NCBI GenBank assembly: GCA_973895155.1
Contig: OZ316892.1
Span: forward strand, 1,068,917 to 1,132,916
Origin: Marsupella aquatica
Lineage: Eukaryota > Plantae > Marchantiophyta
DNA length: 64,000 nucleotides
Reading direction: 5' to 3'
Below the pieces are notes generated by a model that saw only the letters and a program-made list of their open reading frames with translations, was not told the DNA's origin and did not search any database. The stretch's first letter is position 1. Each line of letters begins with the position of its first letter. The position numbers and the translations under genes were made by a program. Positions 1 through 11,400 of the stretch are shown here, piece after piece.

Positions 1-26
1 TGGTGAAATGTAATAGAGAATCTCAC

Positions 27-237
27 CTTGGATGAACTTTCTGGTTTCTCATCTTCATTGTACTCAATGTCACTATCATAATCTGATTCAGAGCCCTCAT
101 CACTAGACTCTGCCATACTCATTGAGACAATTCTTGATAGGTTGGAGTTTTGTCTCCTCTGTGTGGTAACCTCACTTTTAGAAGTTTGACGTGCACTTGT
201 TCCCTTCTTGCGCCCTATGGTCTGTGTTGCACCTAGT
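27..237 (-). CDS. Probable internal exon of an unidentified gene (Ser/Asp/Glu-rich peptide) running off the left edge
   Basis: Open frame LGATQTIGRKKG...SSDEGSESDYDSDIEYNEDEKPESSSK bounded on the minus strand by an acceptor (ctgatgtag|) and a donor (AAG|gtgaga). No family recognised. Confidence 0.35.
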
Positions 238-1358
238 CTACATCAGAGAATATCAATTTATGAATGACAATGACAAAAACCAATTGATATTGCTGATGAG
301 TAGCAAGGTGATAAAGAGATAAATGACTATTTACTCCTTAACAACTCGATTTCGTTCCCATTAGGAGTGGATAAGATCGAAAAGACTGAATTAACACAAT
401 TTGAGAAGTTTACACCAACATTCTTAGGTTGGAGAGATTTCTAGTGATCTCCTTAACATAAGTGTTTAACCACAACTCAAGTGGGTAATCCTTAGGATTC
501 ACAGTGCAATAATAAAGACTAGAATTAATAAAGATTGAAACTAGAGAGAGAGTAGATAGGAGTTTTCAAAGTGCAAGGAAATTGAATTTCTGACCATCAC
601 CACTCCTTCAATAAGGATTATGGCCTAATTTAAGATTCAGAAATCAACATTTTCTATGCTTTTTGATTTCTCGTAGCAACTCTTCTCCATCTATTGAATT
701 TAGAAGACAACAATGTAAATCAACCCGGGACACTTTTCTGGTCTTGTTAAGGACGGTACTCGGATACTCAAATTGGCTTACTCTCCTACAATCCTTAAGA
801 TTGCTTGTTTGGATTTTGTGCAAATGTCAATTTCCTCTTTGGTGAATCTTCCAAATGTATTGATCACAAATCTCATTGATCTTTCAATATCATTAAGGCA
901 CACTCTAGCATTCATTGAACACTTCACAACAACTCAAGGGTTGCTAAACTTCTTCCTTTTACTTAACCATGGTAAAAAGGAAGGGAAGAAAAGACATAGA
1001 TTCCTTCAAAGGCAATGAGGAAATCAAAATGTATGTTTTCTCTCTCTGTTGACTTTGGGTTCTCCTCCTTTTGTACTAAAAGTGGAGATTATGAAAAGAC
1101 ATGCCTCTTCAAAACCCAAGTCTAAAGAAATATGTAAATAAAAGTGAACTATCCTGGTCAAAAATGGAGTAGAGTCTCCAATGGATACATCAACAAAATA
1201 CTGGAGTCTACTTACTCATATACTAATCTATATAGATATTTCTAAGTCTAAACTAATGTGGCTCTAACTCTCTAAATATAACTCTATTATGGTCCTAGCT
1301 TTTGGGAAGGAACCTCCTCAGGGTTAGCCATGGCAAGGGGTTCTAGTCGAAGGAAAAC

Positions 1359-3025
1359 TCATTGCTGGCCAGTGGTAAAAGGGATGGACGGGTCAATATC
1401 CATGTTCTCTTGATGGGCACTTGGGTCATGAGAATAGGTGTAAGAATGGGAGTGGAAGTGTGTACTGGGAGTGGGGAAACCAGGAGGGTTGAGGGGTGAT
1501 GAGGGGCCAGTGGAATAGACTCCTTCATAAGGACTAGGGGAGAAAGATCTGGTAGTAAAGGGAGGAATCTCAGTATCAACTAATAGCTCCTCAGTAGTCA
1601 AGTCACTCATCTCCCTTAAGGCTTCACAGGTCTTTGAGAGGCCTGTAAGTGCATCATCCACCTTGGTACTCACATCTACCACTAAATGATTAATCTTGGA
1701 GAAAAGGATGGGTGTGGTGTTCTTGGCCAAATACTCATCATAAATTTGGGCCTTAAGAAGATCCAGAGAAGCTATCTTAGTCAAAGGCTCAATCAGATCC
1801 AAAGATTGAGTGATACTGAGTTGGAGAGTATGCTCAAGCTCATTCTTCTTCTTACTCCTTTCCAACTGCTGTTTGAGTTCAGATACCTTCTTCTTGAGGA
1901 ACTCATTCTCCTTCTCTAACTTCCTCTTATCTGTGGCATCACTCATGGTGGAGATCTTCTCAAGAATCTGCCCTGGTTTCACTCCTAACTTCTGAGAAAT
2001 GTCAATGATGGCCTTCTCCATCACAGTGGTCTTCCTCTTCACCTTCTGGAATGTGTCTGAGATGATCTGGAAATCAGCTAGGGTGTCTAGGGAGGCATGG
2101 CCGGGTGCATCCGGAATTCAGCCGAGTCGACGAAGGCCGGGTCGGAAAAGTCCGGGTCGAGGTTCCGGGCAGCAGACCGGGTCTTTCGAAGATTTGTCTC
2201 TGCTGGCTCCTCATCCTCACTGTCATCAGAGGTGGCCTAGGTGATATCTGGATCTGTCTCTCCATACTTGATGAAGTTGTACTTGGCCAATAGTAATTTC
2301 TTCTCCTCTCTGAACAAAACTCCTTCAAAGCTATATAGATGTACCAGGTAGCAGGAGAGGGGAGTAGGACTCTTGTTGGATAGGTTCTGTACCAACTTCC
2401 TTATCAAATCAAAGATAAGCTTAGCCCAGTTGACTTTTCTTTCTCCCTTGTAAGCAGCAACAATGGTAGAGCCAACTCCAACAGTAACTCTTCTTGGCTT
2501 CTCAGGGTACAGCAGGGGTAGTAGAAAGCTGAAGACTCGTCTCAGATCAAGATCCAAACACTTAGAAACATTGAACCCGTCCTTACTGTTGATGGCTCCT
2601 TTGAAGTAAGGAAGGATTAGATTGACAGCTCTCCCCATTGGACCTTCTCCTTCATCTTCCAATACAAAAGCTCCTGCAATCATCATCTGAGTCCATCGCT
2701 CAGGTTGGCCTCTGGAGGTATCCTTAAACTCAGCCGGATACTCCTTAGATCGGATCTCTCTGATCATATCTTCGCTCTGATAACTCCAAGGTAGCTCCAT
2801 CAGAGACTCACAGCCCATCCTGAGCAAAGACTCCCTCAGTTTAACCTTCTCAGCTTCACTGTCCGGAATAGCTGGCCTCAGAATTTTCATGGCAATAGGG
2901 ACCTCCTTTCTCTTCGATCGTCTCACAGGGGCTTTAACCGGAGTAGGTGCAGGTGATGTTGAGGTTGAATGCCCCTTAGAGACGCGAGAAGTGGACATTC
3001 CGGCTGGATCCGCCCCTTGCTCCAT
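1359..3025 (-). pseudogene. Extra ORF 3' of pol (plant retroelement accessory protein with coiled-coil C-terminus), broken by a stop at ~2237 and a frameshift at ~2090
   Basis: ORFs 2237..3025 (PLLYPEKPRRVT...VNWAKLIFDL...PTPLSCYLVHLY) and 1359..2042 join through a readable linker. Same strand as pol and in the env-like position. Confidence 0.65.
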
Positions 3026-3934
3026 AGGATTTCTGGAAGCAGAAAATTGATTTCTGGTAACTGTTCTGCCTCCTCTACGGCAAGCTCTACAATGTTACGA
3101 CTTCAGACTATTCAATCTCTTTGATGTCGACCACTGGTAGAAAAGTCCGGGTCGACCTGGCCATAGTGTTTCTGATCAACTGAAAATTGTTTCGGAAGAA
3201 TTGCATCAAGTTTTCGTCAACCACACTGCAGGGTCATCTAACGTGGGGAAAATTTGGACCAATCAGGCCTGCAATGGTGATATCCGGGTCGACCTGGCCG
3301 CCCTTCTCACAACCGATGTATCCACGATCAGGATCTCAAACTTCCTGCCTTCACTTCCAGCGGTGGAGTAGGCATTCCCCTCACAACGAATCAGTCAGTA
3401 CCCTCATATCCAGGCTCTCATCATGCAATGCAAGATTGGTCCTATAATCCGGACCCAAGATCCTCTACCAAAAGGGTAGAGCCTCCTCACTCTACTGCTT
3501 AAACAGCCTAATGCACTCGGGAGCTCAAAACCTACTAAGTTCGGCTTTGAGAGGTGTGAGAGGCCGGATCGACTCTCCTTCCTTATATCCGGATTCGACT
3601 GTGGTCGTGCCTGTGTTTGACTTATGGTTTTAAAAACTTTGGCAATGGACAGCTATTGTTGAGTAGAGTCTCGGTATAAGATTTTTATCTCATTCCAGGC
3701 TTATAACAAAAAGTTTCGGGTCGATCCTCCTTCTCTAATATCAATCCGGGTTGACCTCAGATGGGCTTGAAAGTCTCATAACACTTCAAAGTAGTCTTCA
3801 GGTCCCTCTTCAGCATTATTTAAGATCTTAAACGTAAAAATTCTAAAATTTATGGTTAGTTAACCCTTCTTTTATAAACATCCTTATCTCACATAGCCCC
3901 CTCCTCAACTGGTGCAGTGCCCTCGCAAACCTCA

Positions 3935-4999
3935 TTAAGGTGGCATGTGATATTTCTTGACCCTAGAGCCATTTACCCTAGTAGGTAAATCTTCACCTTC
4001 TAAATCTGTTAATTGTAGTGATCCATTGGGAAAGACTTCTTTCACCAAGTATGGTCCTAACCACCGAGTATGCAACTTCCCCGGGAAAACCATGTGCCGA
4101 TTATCATATAATAAGACATAATTCCCTGATTCTATATCAACTTTCTTCATCTTCCGATTGTAACGAACAGTTCTCATTTGTTGTTGTTTATTTGTTTTGG
4201 TTAAAGCAAGGTATCTATCCTCTTCCAAATTTTCCAAAGCAGCAAGCCTGAGATCTTGATTGGTTTCAATGTTTAATCTATTAATGGAACTAATTCGGTG
4301 GGTAGGAAGATCAAACTCAATGGGCACAATACTTGCTAAGCCATAGACCAAGTAAAAAGGTGTGTGTTTAGTTGTGATCTTCTCTGCTGTCCGATATGCC
4401 CACAAGGCAGAATGGAGTTTTTGGTCCCAGTCAGTTTTGTGTGCGGACACAATCTTGGTTAAGATTCGCCCCATTAGCCCATTTGCCCTCTCCGTTAATC
4501 CATTTGCTTTGGGATTATAGGGAGTTGCTTTCCTGTGCTTGATTAAATATAAGTCAGTGATATGTTGAATAGTTTGGTTAAGAAAATGCAAACCTTGATC
4601 GCTGACCAATTCCAATGGGCATCCAAACCGGGTGATGATGTCTTCAAATAGAAACTTGGCGGCTGTTGCTGCATCATTTTTCTTAGTCGCTCGAGCTTCA
4701 ACCCATTTTGTGGCATAGTCGGTTGCTAAGATAATGTATCGAGCCCGTGTCCGAGCGACAGCAGGTTGGATAGGGCCTATGAAGTCAATTCCCCATTTTT
4801 CGAAAGGTGCCAATGATAGAATTGGGGTTAGTGGCCAATGAGAAGAGGAAGAGGGTCTGCCATACCTTTGGCAAGGATCACAAGCTTTGATATACTGATA
4901 GGTGTCCCTATGCATAGTCGGCCACCAGTATCCGGCCGCGTGAATCTTCTTGATAGTCACATTCACTGCATAATGCCCTCCAGCTTCTTCGGTGTGCAT
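3935..4999 (-). pseudogene. Ty3/Gypsy integrase (frameshifted from RNase H)
   Basis: H..GGH...WWPTM...CDPCQ zinc finger; WGIDFIGP, SDQG and NGLTER DDE core; WLGPY motif. Confidence 0.95.
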
Positions 5000-5873
5000 C
5001 TGAAATAACTCGAGAGATTTCTTTGGTTTCTAGACATCGTTTCAATTTCTGGTCAGGGGTGAGTTTATACAAGATCCCATTTTGCAAAGTGTAAGGGGAA
5101 ATCTTGTGGATAAAAACAGCTTGTTGCTCAAGGCTGAGATTCTTAGGAAGTGTTCCCGTGAGCAAAGCTTGGACTATATCAAAGTATAAGGATTCAGATC
5201 CTTCTATATGCCATAGGTGCTCATCCGGAAATACATCTGTTAAGGGAGTGACACTTTCTGGACCGGGGAGTCTAGATAAATAATCTGCATTTTCATGATG
5301 TTGGCCCGGTCTAACTACCACCTCAAAATCAAATTCTTGTAACAACAATACCCAACGAGCAATTCGTCCGGATAAATCTGGTTGGTTCACTAAGTACTTA
5401 AGAGCAGAGTGGTCGGTGTGGAAGATAGTTTTATACCCCAGGAGGTAATGCCTGAATTTTTTGCAAGAAAAAACCACTCCCAAGGCTTCTCGTTCAGTTA
5501 CTGAATAGTTCTTCTCTGCCACATTCATTTGTCGGCTGGCATAATAAATAGGGTGGTCCTTCTTATTGTCATCTTGTTGGCTTAGGACCGCTCCTATACA
5601 AAATGCTGACGCATCAATGTATACATGGAAATCTTTATTCCAATCAGGTGGAATTAAGATAGGTGCGGAAGTAAGTTTACTCTTGAGTTTCTCGAAGGCG
5701 TGTTGTCTCTCCTTTGTCCATTGGTATTCCACGTCTTTCTTTAGCAGTTGTGTTAAGGGCATGGCCAGATCTGCATAAAGGCGGATGAACCTCCGGTAGT
5801 AACCTACATAACCCAAGAAACCTCGAAGCTCTCTAAGGTTAGTGGGCGGCTTCAGATTTTCAATAACTCTCAC
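4908..5873 (-). pseudogene. Ty3/Gypsy RT connection / RNase H
   Basis: LRGFLGYVGYYRRFI, YIDASAFCIGAVLSQ, NYSVTEREALGVV, TDHSAL and NADYLSR motifs. Confidence 0.95.
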
Positions 5874-6867
5874 CTTCTCTTTGGGAAATTACATGTCCTA
5901 GAAGAATTCCCTCTTGCATCCCAATGAAACACTTATCTGGGTGTAAACAAAGTTGAGCCTCTCTACACTTCTGAAAAGTAAGTCTTAGCTTTGCAAGATG
6001 AGATTCGGCAGAGGAGAAAACACAAAAATCATCTATAAATATTTCTAGAAATCTATGAAGATACTCTTGGAATATGATCATCATAATCCTTTGGAATGTT
6101 CCAAGAGCGTTACACAATCCAAACGGCATTACATTAAAAGCATAAGTACCCCAATCTGTTGTAAAAGTGGTTTTATCCCTGTCTTCCTCCCTCACGGAAA
6201 CTTGGTTGTATCCTGAATACCCATCAAGGAAACTGAATAGAGCATGACCGGCTACTATGTCCAAAACGAGGTCAATAAATGGTAGAGGGTAGTGATCTTT
6301 CCTGGTAACCGCATTGAGCTTGCGATAATCTTGACACACACGGATCTTGACCTTGCCATCAGGTCCAGACTTCTTGGGAACAATGACAATGGGGGATACC
6401 CATTCGCTGCTGAGTACTGGAAAAATAAATCCTACTTCAGTTAGCTTATCTATCTCTTCTTTAACCATAATGAAGTACTTAGGGTTGAGTCGATACTGTC
6501 TTTGCCGGATTGGTACCGATCCTTCAAGAAGATCAATTCGGTGTTGTCCCAAATAAGGATGAATTCCCTTGATGTCCTTGTGGCTCCAGGCAAACACGTC
6601 TCGGTATTGCCTCAGCAGATCTATGTATTTTTCCCTCAAATCTCCTTGAATGTGTTTACTTATGTTAAGGAATTTGCCAGGTTCTATTTCAATTTTTTGA
6701 CAGGCTTTTGGATCCACAATCCCCTCCGTAAACCCCATAGGTTGAAATTCTTTATAGGTGTCAGCAGACTCATCAGTTGAACTTAGAATTTTACCAGTAG
6801 GTGCCTTACTTCCGTCGTTATTCTCAGAAAAAAATTCAGAAGATTTTGAGTTCCGGAAGTCCTCCAT
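5860..6867 (-). pseudogene. Ty3/Gypsy reverse transcriptase
   Basis: WVSPIVIVPKK, RVCQDYRKLN, LDGYSGYNQ, MPFGLCNA and FIDDF motifs. In frame with the upstream gag-PR ORF across two premature stops. Confidence 0.95.
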
Positions 6868-7014
6868 TTCTCCTTTTTGAGCCGGGTTCGGGTCCTTTAA
6901 TTGTCAATCCGGACTTTTGTTCGGGTTCCGGGTCTCATAGAATCCGGGTCCGGGTTGAGTCTCCCTTGTTAAATGGTGCAAGTTTGGGTGGACCAGGGAA
7001 CTAGCTCCGTTGGT

Positions 7015-9968
7015 TTAATTTAATGTTGGTGCTTCAAACTCAAAAATATCTAAAAATCTTACATCCTCTTCCCTTAGTTGCACTTTGGACTTCTTGCTCC
7101 TGGAAGGTGTTTCTTCCCCATCAGAAGATGTGATGGTGGACTCAGAGGTATATCCCTCATCTTCTTCTGTTTCTCCTTGGTGGGGTTCGTCTTCCCAACT
7201 TAGGATAACTCGAGGCGAACCAAATGAAAATTGCTTAGCATGCCAATTAACTTTAACTTGGGCCATGTACAGCCATGGTCGTCTAAGAAGAATTGGGAAG
7301 GAAGAAGGAGTGCTAGGTTGAATGATGATATAATCTAATTTGAAATTTCGCCCTCCAATTATAGTATCCACCTTTTTTATGGCTCCAGCGGGTATCACTC
7401 TGGTCTGGTCGGCCATTCTCAAAATTTTTGGAGTAGGATCAAACTTAAGGAATCCCAACTCTGTTGCAGTAGCCTCTGTCATGATATTTACACTAGAGCC
7501 ATCATCAACGGGTACCTTGGTGATCACACAACCTGCAATTTGAACTTCAATTTCTGGGGGTCCATAGTCCTTTGATTCAATTTGCATACACTGGTGAACA
7601 CTGGGCAATTTGAAGGATCTTCGCCTAGAAGAAACTAGAGTCTTCATTTGTTTCCAAAAATTTGGATTGGAGCGCAATAACTCCCCAAAGGTAATGTTGG
7701 CTTTTAAACCACTAACATCCTCAACAATATTGTAAGGAGAACGAAGGCCATTAATTCTTAGTCGAACAGGATCTACTTCAAATTGAACTTTCTTAAGAGG
7801 GATATTGTCACCAGGGCTTTGCTTCTTTCCTACCATAGGACCTTCTGCTACTGGTGCTGATTCTGCCATTAATTCTTCTTGGAGTATCTCCTTTACTTCC
7901 TTTGAAATGTCTGGCAGAAAATACTTAGGGTCATAGCGGTCATATGCCGCATCATCCTTGTCCTCCGCCAGAGCTACCAATCCTTTAGGTTTGTCTTGCT
8001 TCTTTTCAGATTTCTTTCGAGGTTCCTTTTGTAATTCCTCCTTTTCTTGTGTCTTTTTGGACCTGGTGGTTGCAAAAACATTCAGGATCCTGTCTCTATT
8101 GCGCATTCTTAGATTTGGCTGTCCTTTTTCTTCCTCCTTTATTAAATGTTCACAATCACGGTCATAGGTAATACCCGCCAATGGTTGTAACCGTATGGGA
8201 TCCTGCCATTTCTTCACTTCTGGAAGCTGGTCGGGAGTCACTTCTTCACTTTGATCTACAAGCCGACATTGTTCAAAATGGGGGTCCGAATCTTCTTCTA
8301 GGTAAACCAACCTGACGGCTGAGTCTGTTTTTATTGGTGTAGCAGGCGGGTCCTTCACATATCGTACCATCATCTTGGCCTTGGGTGGTTGGGGACATTC
8401 CAATGGAAGATGCCCTTCTTGTCCACAATTACCACACATTGGTGAATACCCCGTATCCCTCTTTGGCCATGGGCATGAAGGGGAATAATGATCCTTTGAT
8501 CCACAATTCCAACACTCACCCCTATTCATTTGATTTCGTGGGGGATATCCTCCTGGTGGTGCCATAGGAGGTTTATATACTGGCCTATTGAAATTGGAGA
8601 TTTGTCGTGGCGGTGGAAAGTATTGAACAGGAGGGGGAGCTGATGGTCCGGTCTGGATTTGATACGCCACCTCAGGGAACACAGTCTGGTAAGAAGGGTC
8701 CTCATAATTCCCTTCTACCATTCCTTCATCATTGAAGACATAATTGACTCGGGAGGCCGTGGGACACTCATGGGGATAATGCCCCATCTTTCTACAAAGG
8801 GAACACCAAACATTGTGTCTTAAAACTGGTGGTGTTTTCCTTGGACCTTTTATAGAAGCTAAATTCACAGACAGACTTTTCATTTCCTTAGTGAGTGAGG
8901 ACAACATTCCTTTCATTTTTTCCACCTCCTTCTTTGCTTTATTGGTTGTGTCCACCTTCTTAGGTTTTATGTCCTTATCCGAGTCCGAGTTCGAAGATGA
9001 GTCATCTGAGTCGTTACTGGAGGTGCTAGAAGAGTCGTCACTATTGGAATCCGAAGAGGAAGTCTCAGACGAAGAGGATTCGTCTTTCCTCTTACTTTTC
9101 TTCTTTCCCTTCTTCTTCCCTTTCTTCTGTTTCGCTTTTTCCCGTCTCAGCTCCTTCACCAACTGTTTCCTCTGGCTCATTTCTGAATCAACATAAGATT
9201 GGGCCTTGGAATAGGCTCTAATGTAGCAGGTTCTGATCTCCGCACAAAATGATTCATCTTTGGATACAATCCTTGGATAAACCATTCCTTTACCAAGTGA
9301 GCGCCAGGTGTGGGGGTTACTCTCCGAGCCAACTTACTTACTCGTTGCATATAGGCTCTAAGGGAGTCTCCTTTCTTCATTGCAACAGAACTGAGTCGAG
9401 TGAAGGCCCGAGAAGTAGCTCCTTCTTCCTTGAATTCATTAAGAAATTCAGTCTTTACAGTGGCCCAATCTATTTTGTCCGGCAATCCTGAATACCAGGT
9501 TCTTGCTTCTCCTTTCATTAATCCACCAAAGATTTTAGCTTTCATATCGGGTGTGTCATCGCCATTTGAAGTGGCAATGGCTTCAAAGTCTTCAATCCAA
9601 GTATCAGCATCTGCCTTCTTTCCACGGAAGTTTTCGTACTTAACTCTTCCTCTACTCGTCATGGTGGAGGTAGGATTTCTTTGGGAGGAAGTACTACTTA
9701 CAGAATTCACAATTGCACGCGGTGTACTAGGTGGAACACTTGAATTGCTAGTACCGCTAATTGTTGGAGGGCTTGGAGTCACAAGTGATTCTGGATCAGT
9801 GGTGTTATATTCGTCCTCCGAATATGCTTTATTTAGGTCAACTTCATTATCTCCACCCGATTCCTCTGGATGTTGTTCCTCAATTTCTGGAGCCAGAAGT
9901 AACAGGACAACGACAATCCGGGAAGGAAACATCATCCAAAATACCATCCGAATAATCGTCCGACTCAT
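7015..9968 (-). pseudogene. Ty3/Gypsy gag (three CCHC zinc knuckles) plus aspartic protease; frameshift near 9250
   Basis: Capsid-like WIEDFE...GEARTWY; knuckles CSLCRKMGHYPHEC, CWNCGSKDHYSPSC and CGNCGQEGHLPLEC; protease VPVDDGSSVNIM...ILLRRPWL. Confidence 0.9.
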
Positions 9969-10027
9969 GACAGGCTGTCATTTCAAAAATTGCACAAAAA
10001 TCACAAGGGAACACCTAAAACACCAAA

Positions 10028-10326
10028 TGAACTCAAACTGAACAATTGAAATGAGATAGAGTCATGAATAAGAAGCCCCTTTTATAGGTTTTGGAAATAA
10101 CTCAAAAAATTAATTAGCAATAAAATTAAGAAATGTGCCATGCCGTTCATTAGGAATTAGTGACAAGGAAATAAATCTTTCATGAGAAAATAGTTTATTA
10201 TTTCTCCAAATCTCACATGTTAACTTATGTTTTCAGGTTTCTAATACTCATTAGAGTTCTTGGAGACTTGGATAACTCATTGCTGAAGTCTTCTCCTGAA
10301 ATATTGTGAGCAAAGGTGTCATAACA
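10028..10326 (-). promoter_or_regulatory. Candidate unpaired 5' LTR / promoter of the Gypsy element
   Basis: On the minus strand: TATA-like CCTATAAAAGG (~10078-10088); end ...GTTCA followed by tt-TGG (PBS-like position); possible starts TGTCAC (10165) or TGTTATG (10326). No second copy in the window. Confidence 0.3.
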
Positions 10327-10576
10327 TTCATAATAAAAGCATATGTTTTCATGCCAACATCTTAAGATAGTGTAGTACTAATGCATTGGTCATTTTTACC
10401 CCATGTTTTCTTTAATGTTTTTGCAGACTATTCAATTTCAAGCAAAAATGTCTTAGATGACCCCTGTTTTAGGCGTTTCGTGGTTTTTACTTGTATTTCT
10501 TTTCCCCATTCTATTGGTTATTTTGGGCACAAATTTCGACTTTTTACTAGATTACATGATACTTGTCTAATTCCCT

Positions 10577-10627
10577 TTCATGAATTCATGAAGGGTTACG
10601 ACCTTCTGGAATTCATGAATTCATGAA
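10577..10627. repeat. Two copies of the perfect 16-bp palindrome TTCATGAATTCATGAA
   Basis: Copies at 10577-10592 and 10612-10627. Confidence 0.9.
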
Positions 10628-11049
10628 CCCAAAAATTGAAAATTGCTAAGTTTGGGACAAATTGGATTGTTAGTTGCTGGGAGTATGGGCGTGCATTTGC
10701 AAAGCGTGAAGGGAAAGGAAGCTCGGCAAAGAGCTATGGTGGGCTGATGTTTGGTGCTGTGGAAAGCTCTTCCCTTAGTGATTGGTATGGCCTGAATAGG
10801 AATTGAATTGAGTCTTCGGTTGAATCCCTAACTGGAACCAAAACTCAGGGCCGGACCAACATCTCGTGCAGCTATCTAATCTTGCAGTGGAATGGAAGCT
10901 CGCAGTGGAATGGAATAGCGTGACTATTGAGGCGTAGATCAATTGTGGAAGGGAGGATCAATCGTGGAAGGGAGGGGTTCAAGAAATTTGGTTAGGTATT
11001 GTTGGCTTGCAAGTTTATGTTGGGGAGATTTTTGAGTGAGCGCAACAGG

Positions 11050-11400
11050 CAATTGATTTCGGGGAGGGATTGTTGAAGGCCTGGGAGTTCTAGCAATAGT
11101 TTTTGGGGAGGAGAAATTGTCGAAGGCTGGGGGAGGGAGGAGAAATTGTCAAAGACTAGGGGAGGGAGGCAAAATTATCGAAGGCCGGGGGAGTGAGCAG
11201 AAATTGTCGAAGGCCGAGGGAGAAATTGTCAAAGCGCCAGGGGAGAAGCAATTGTCAAAGGCCGGGGGAGAGAAATAGTCGAAGGCTAGGGGGAGAGAAA
11301 TAGTCGAAGGCGCAGGGAGGAGAATTTTTTAAGGTCGGGGGAGGGGGCAGTAGTCAAAGGCCAGGGGAGGGAGCAACAGTTGTAGGCCAAGGGAGGAGCA
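11050..11400 (+). repeat. Degenerate G-rich tandem repeat (~24-31 bp, core GAGAAATTGTCGAAGGCNGGGG)
   Basis: About 10 variable copies. May encode the low-complexity N-terminus (LSKAGGEK-like) of the downstream gene. Confidence 0.8.

Larger units (their letters stand above)
1359..10326 (-). mobile_element. Degraded Ty3/Gypsy retrotransposon (non-chromovirus type) with an extra 3' ORF; no LTR pair found in window, ends approximate
   Basis: Domain order gag-PR-RT-RNaseH-IN, which is the Ty3 order. Integrase ends in a GPY/F motif with no chromodomain. Confidence 0.9.

Noticed and set aside
300-1340. Expected 3' LTR of the Gypsy element
   Set aside because: I found no similarity to the 10.0-10.4 kb region and no clear PPT/TG..CA boundary.
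8813-10041. Plus-strand ORFs of 127 and 213 aa
   Set aside because: Antisense shadows of the Gypsy gag.
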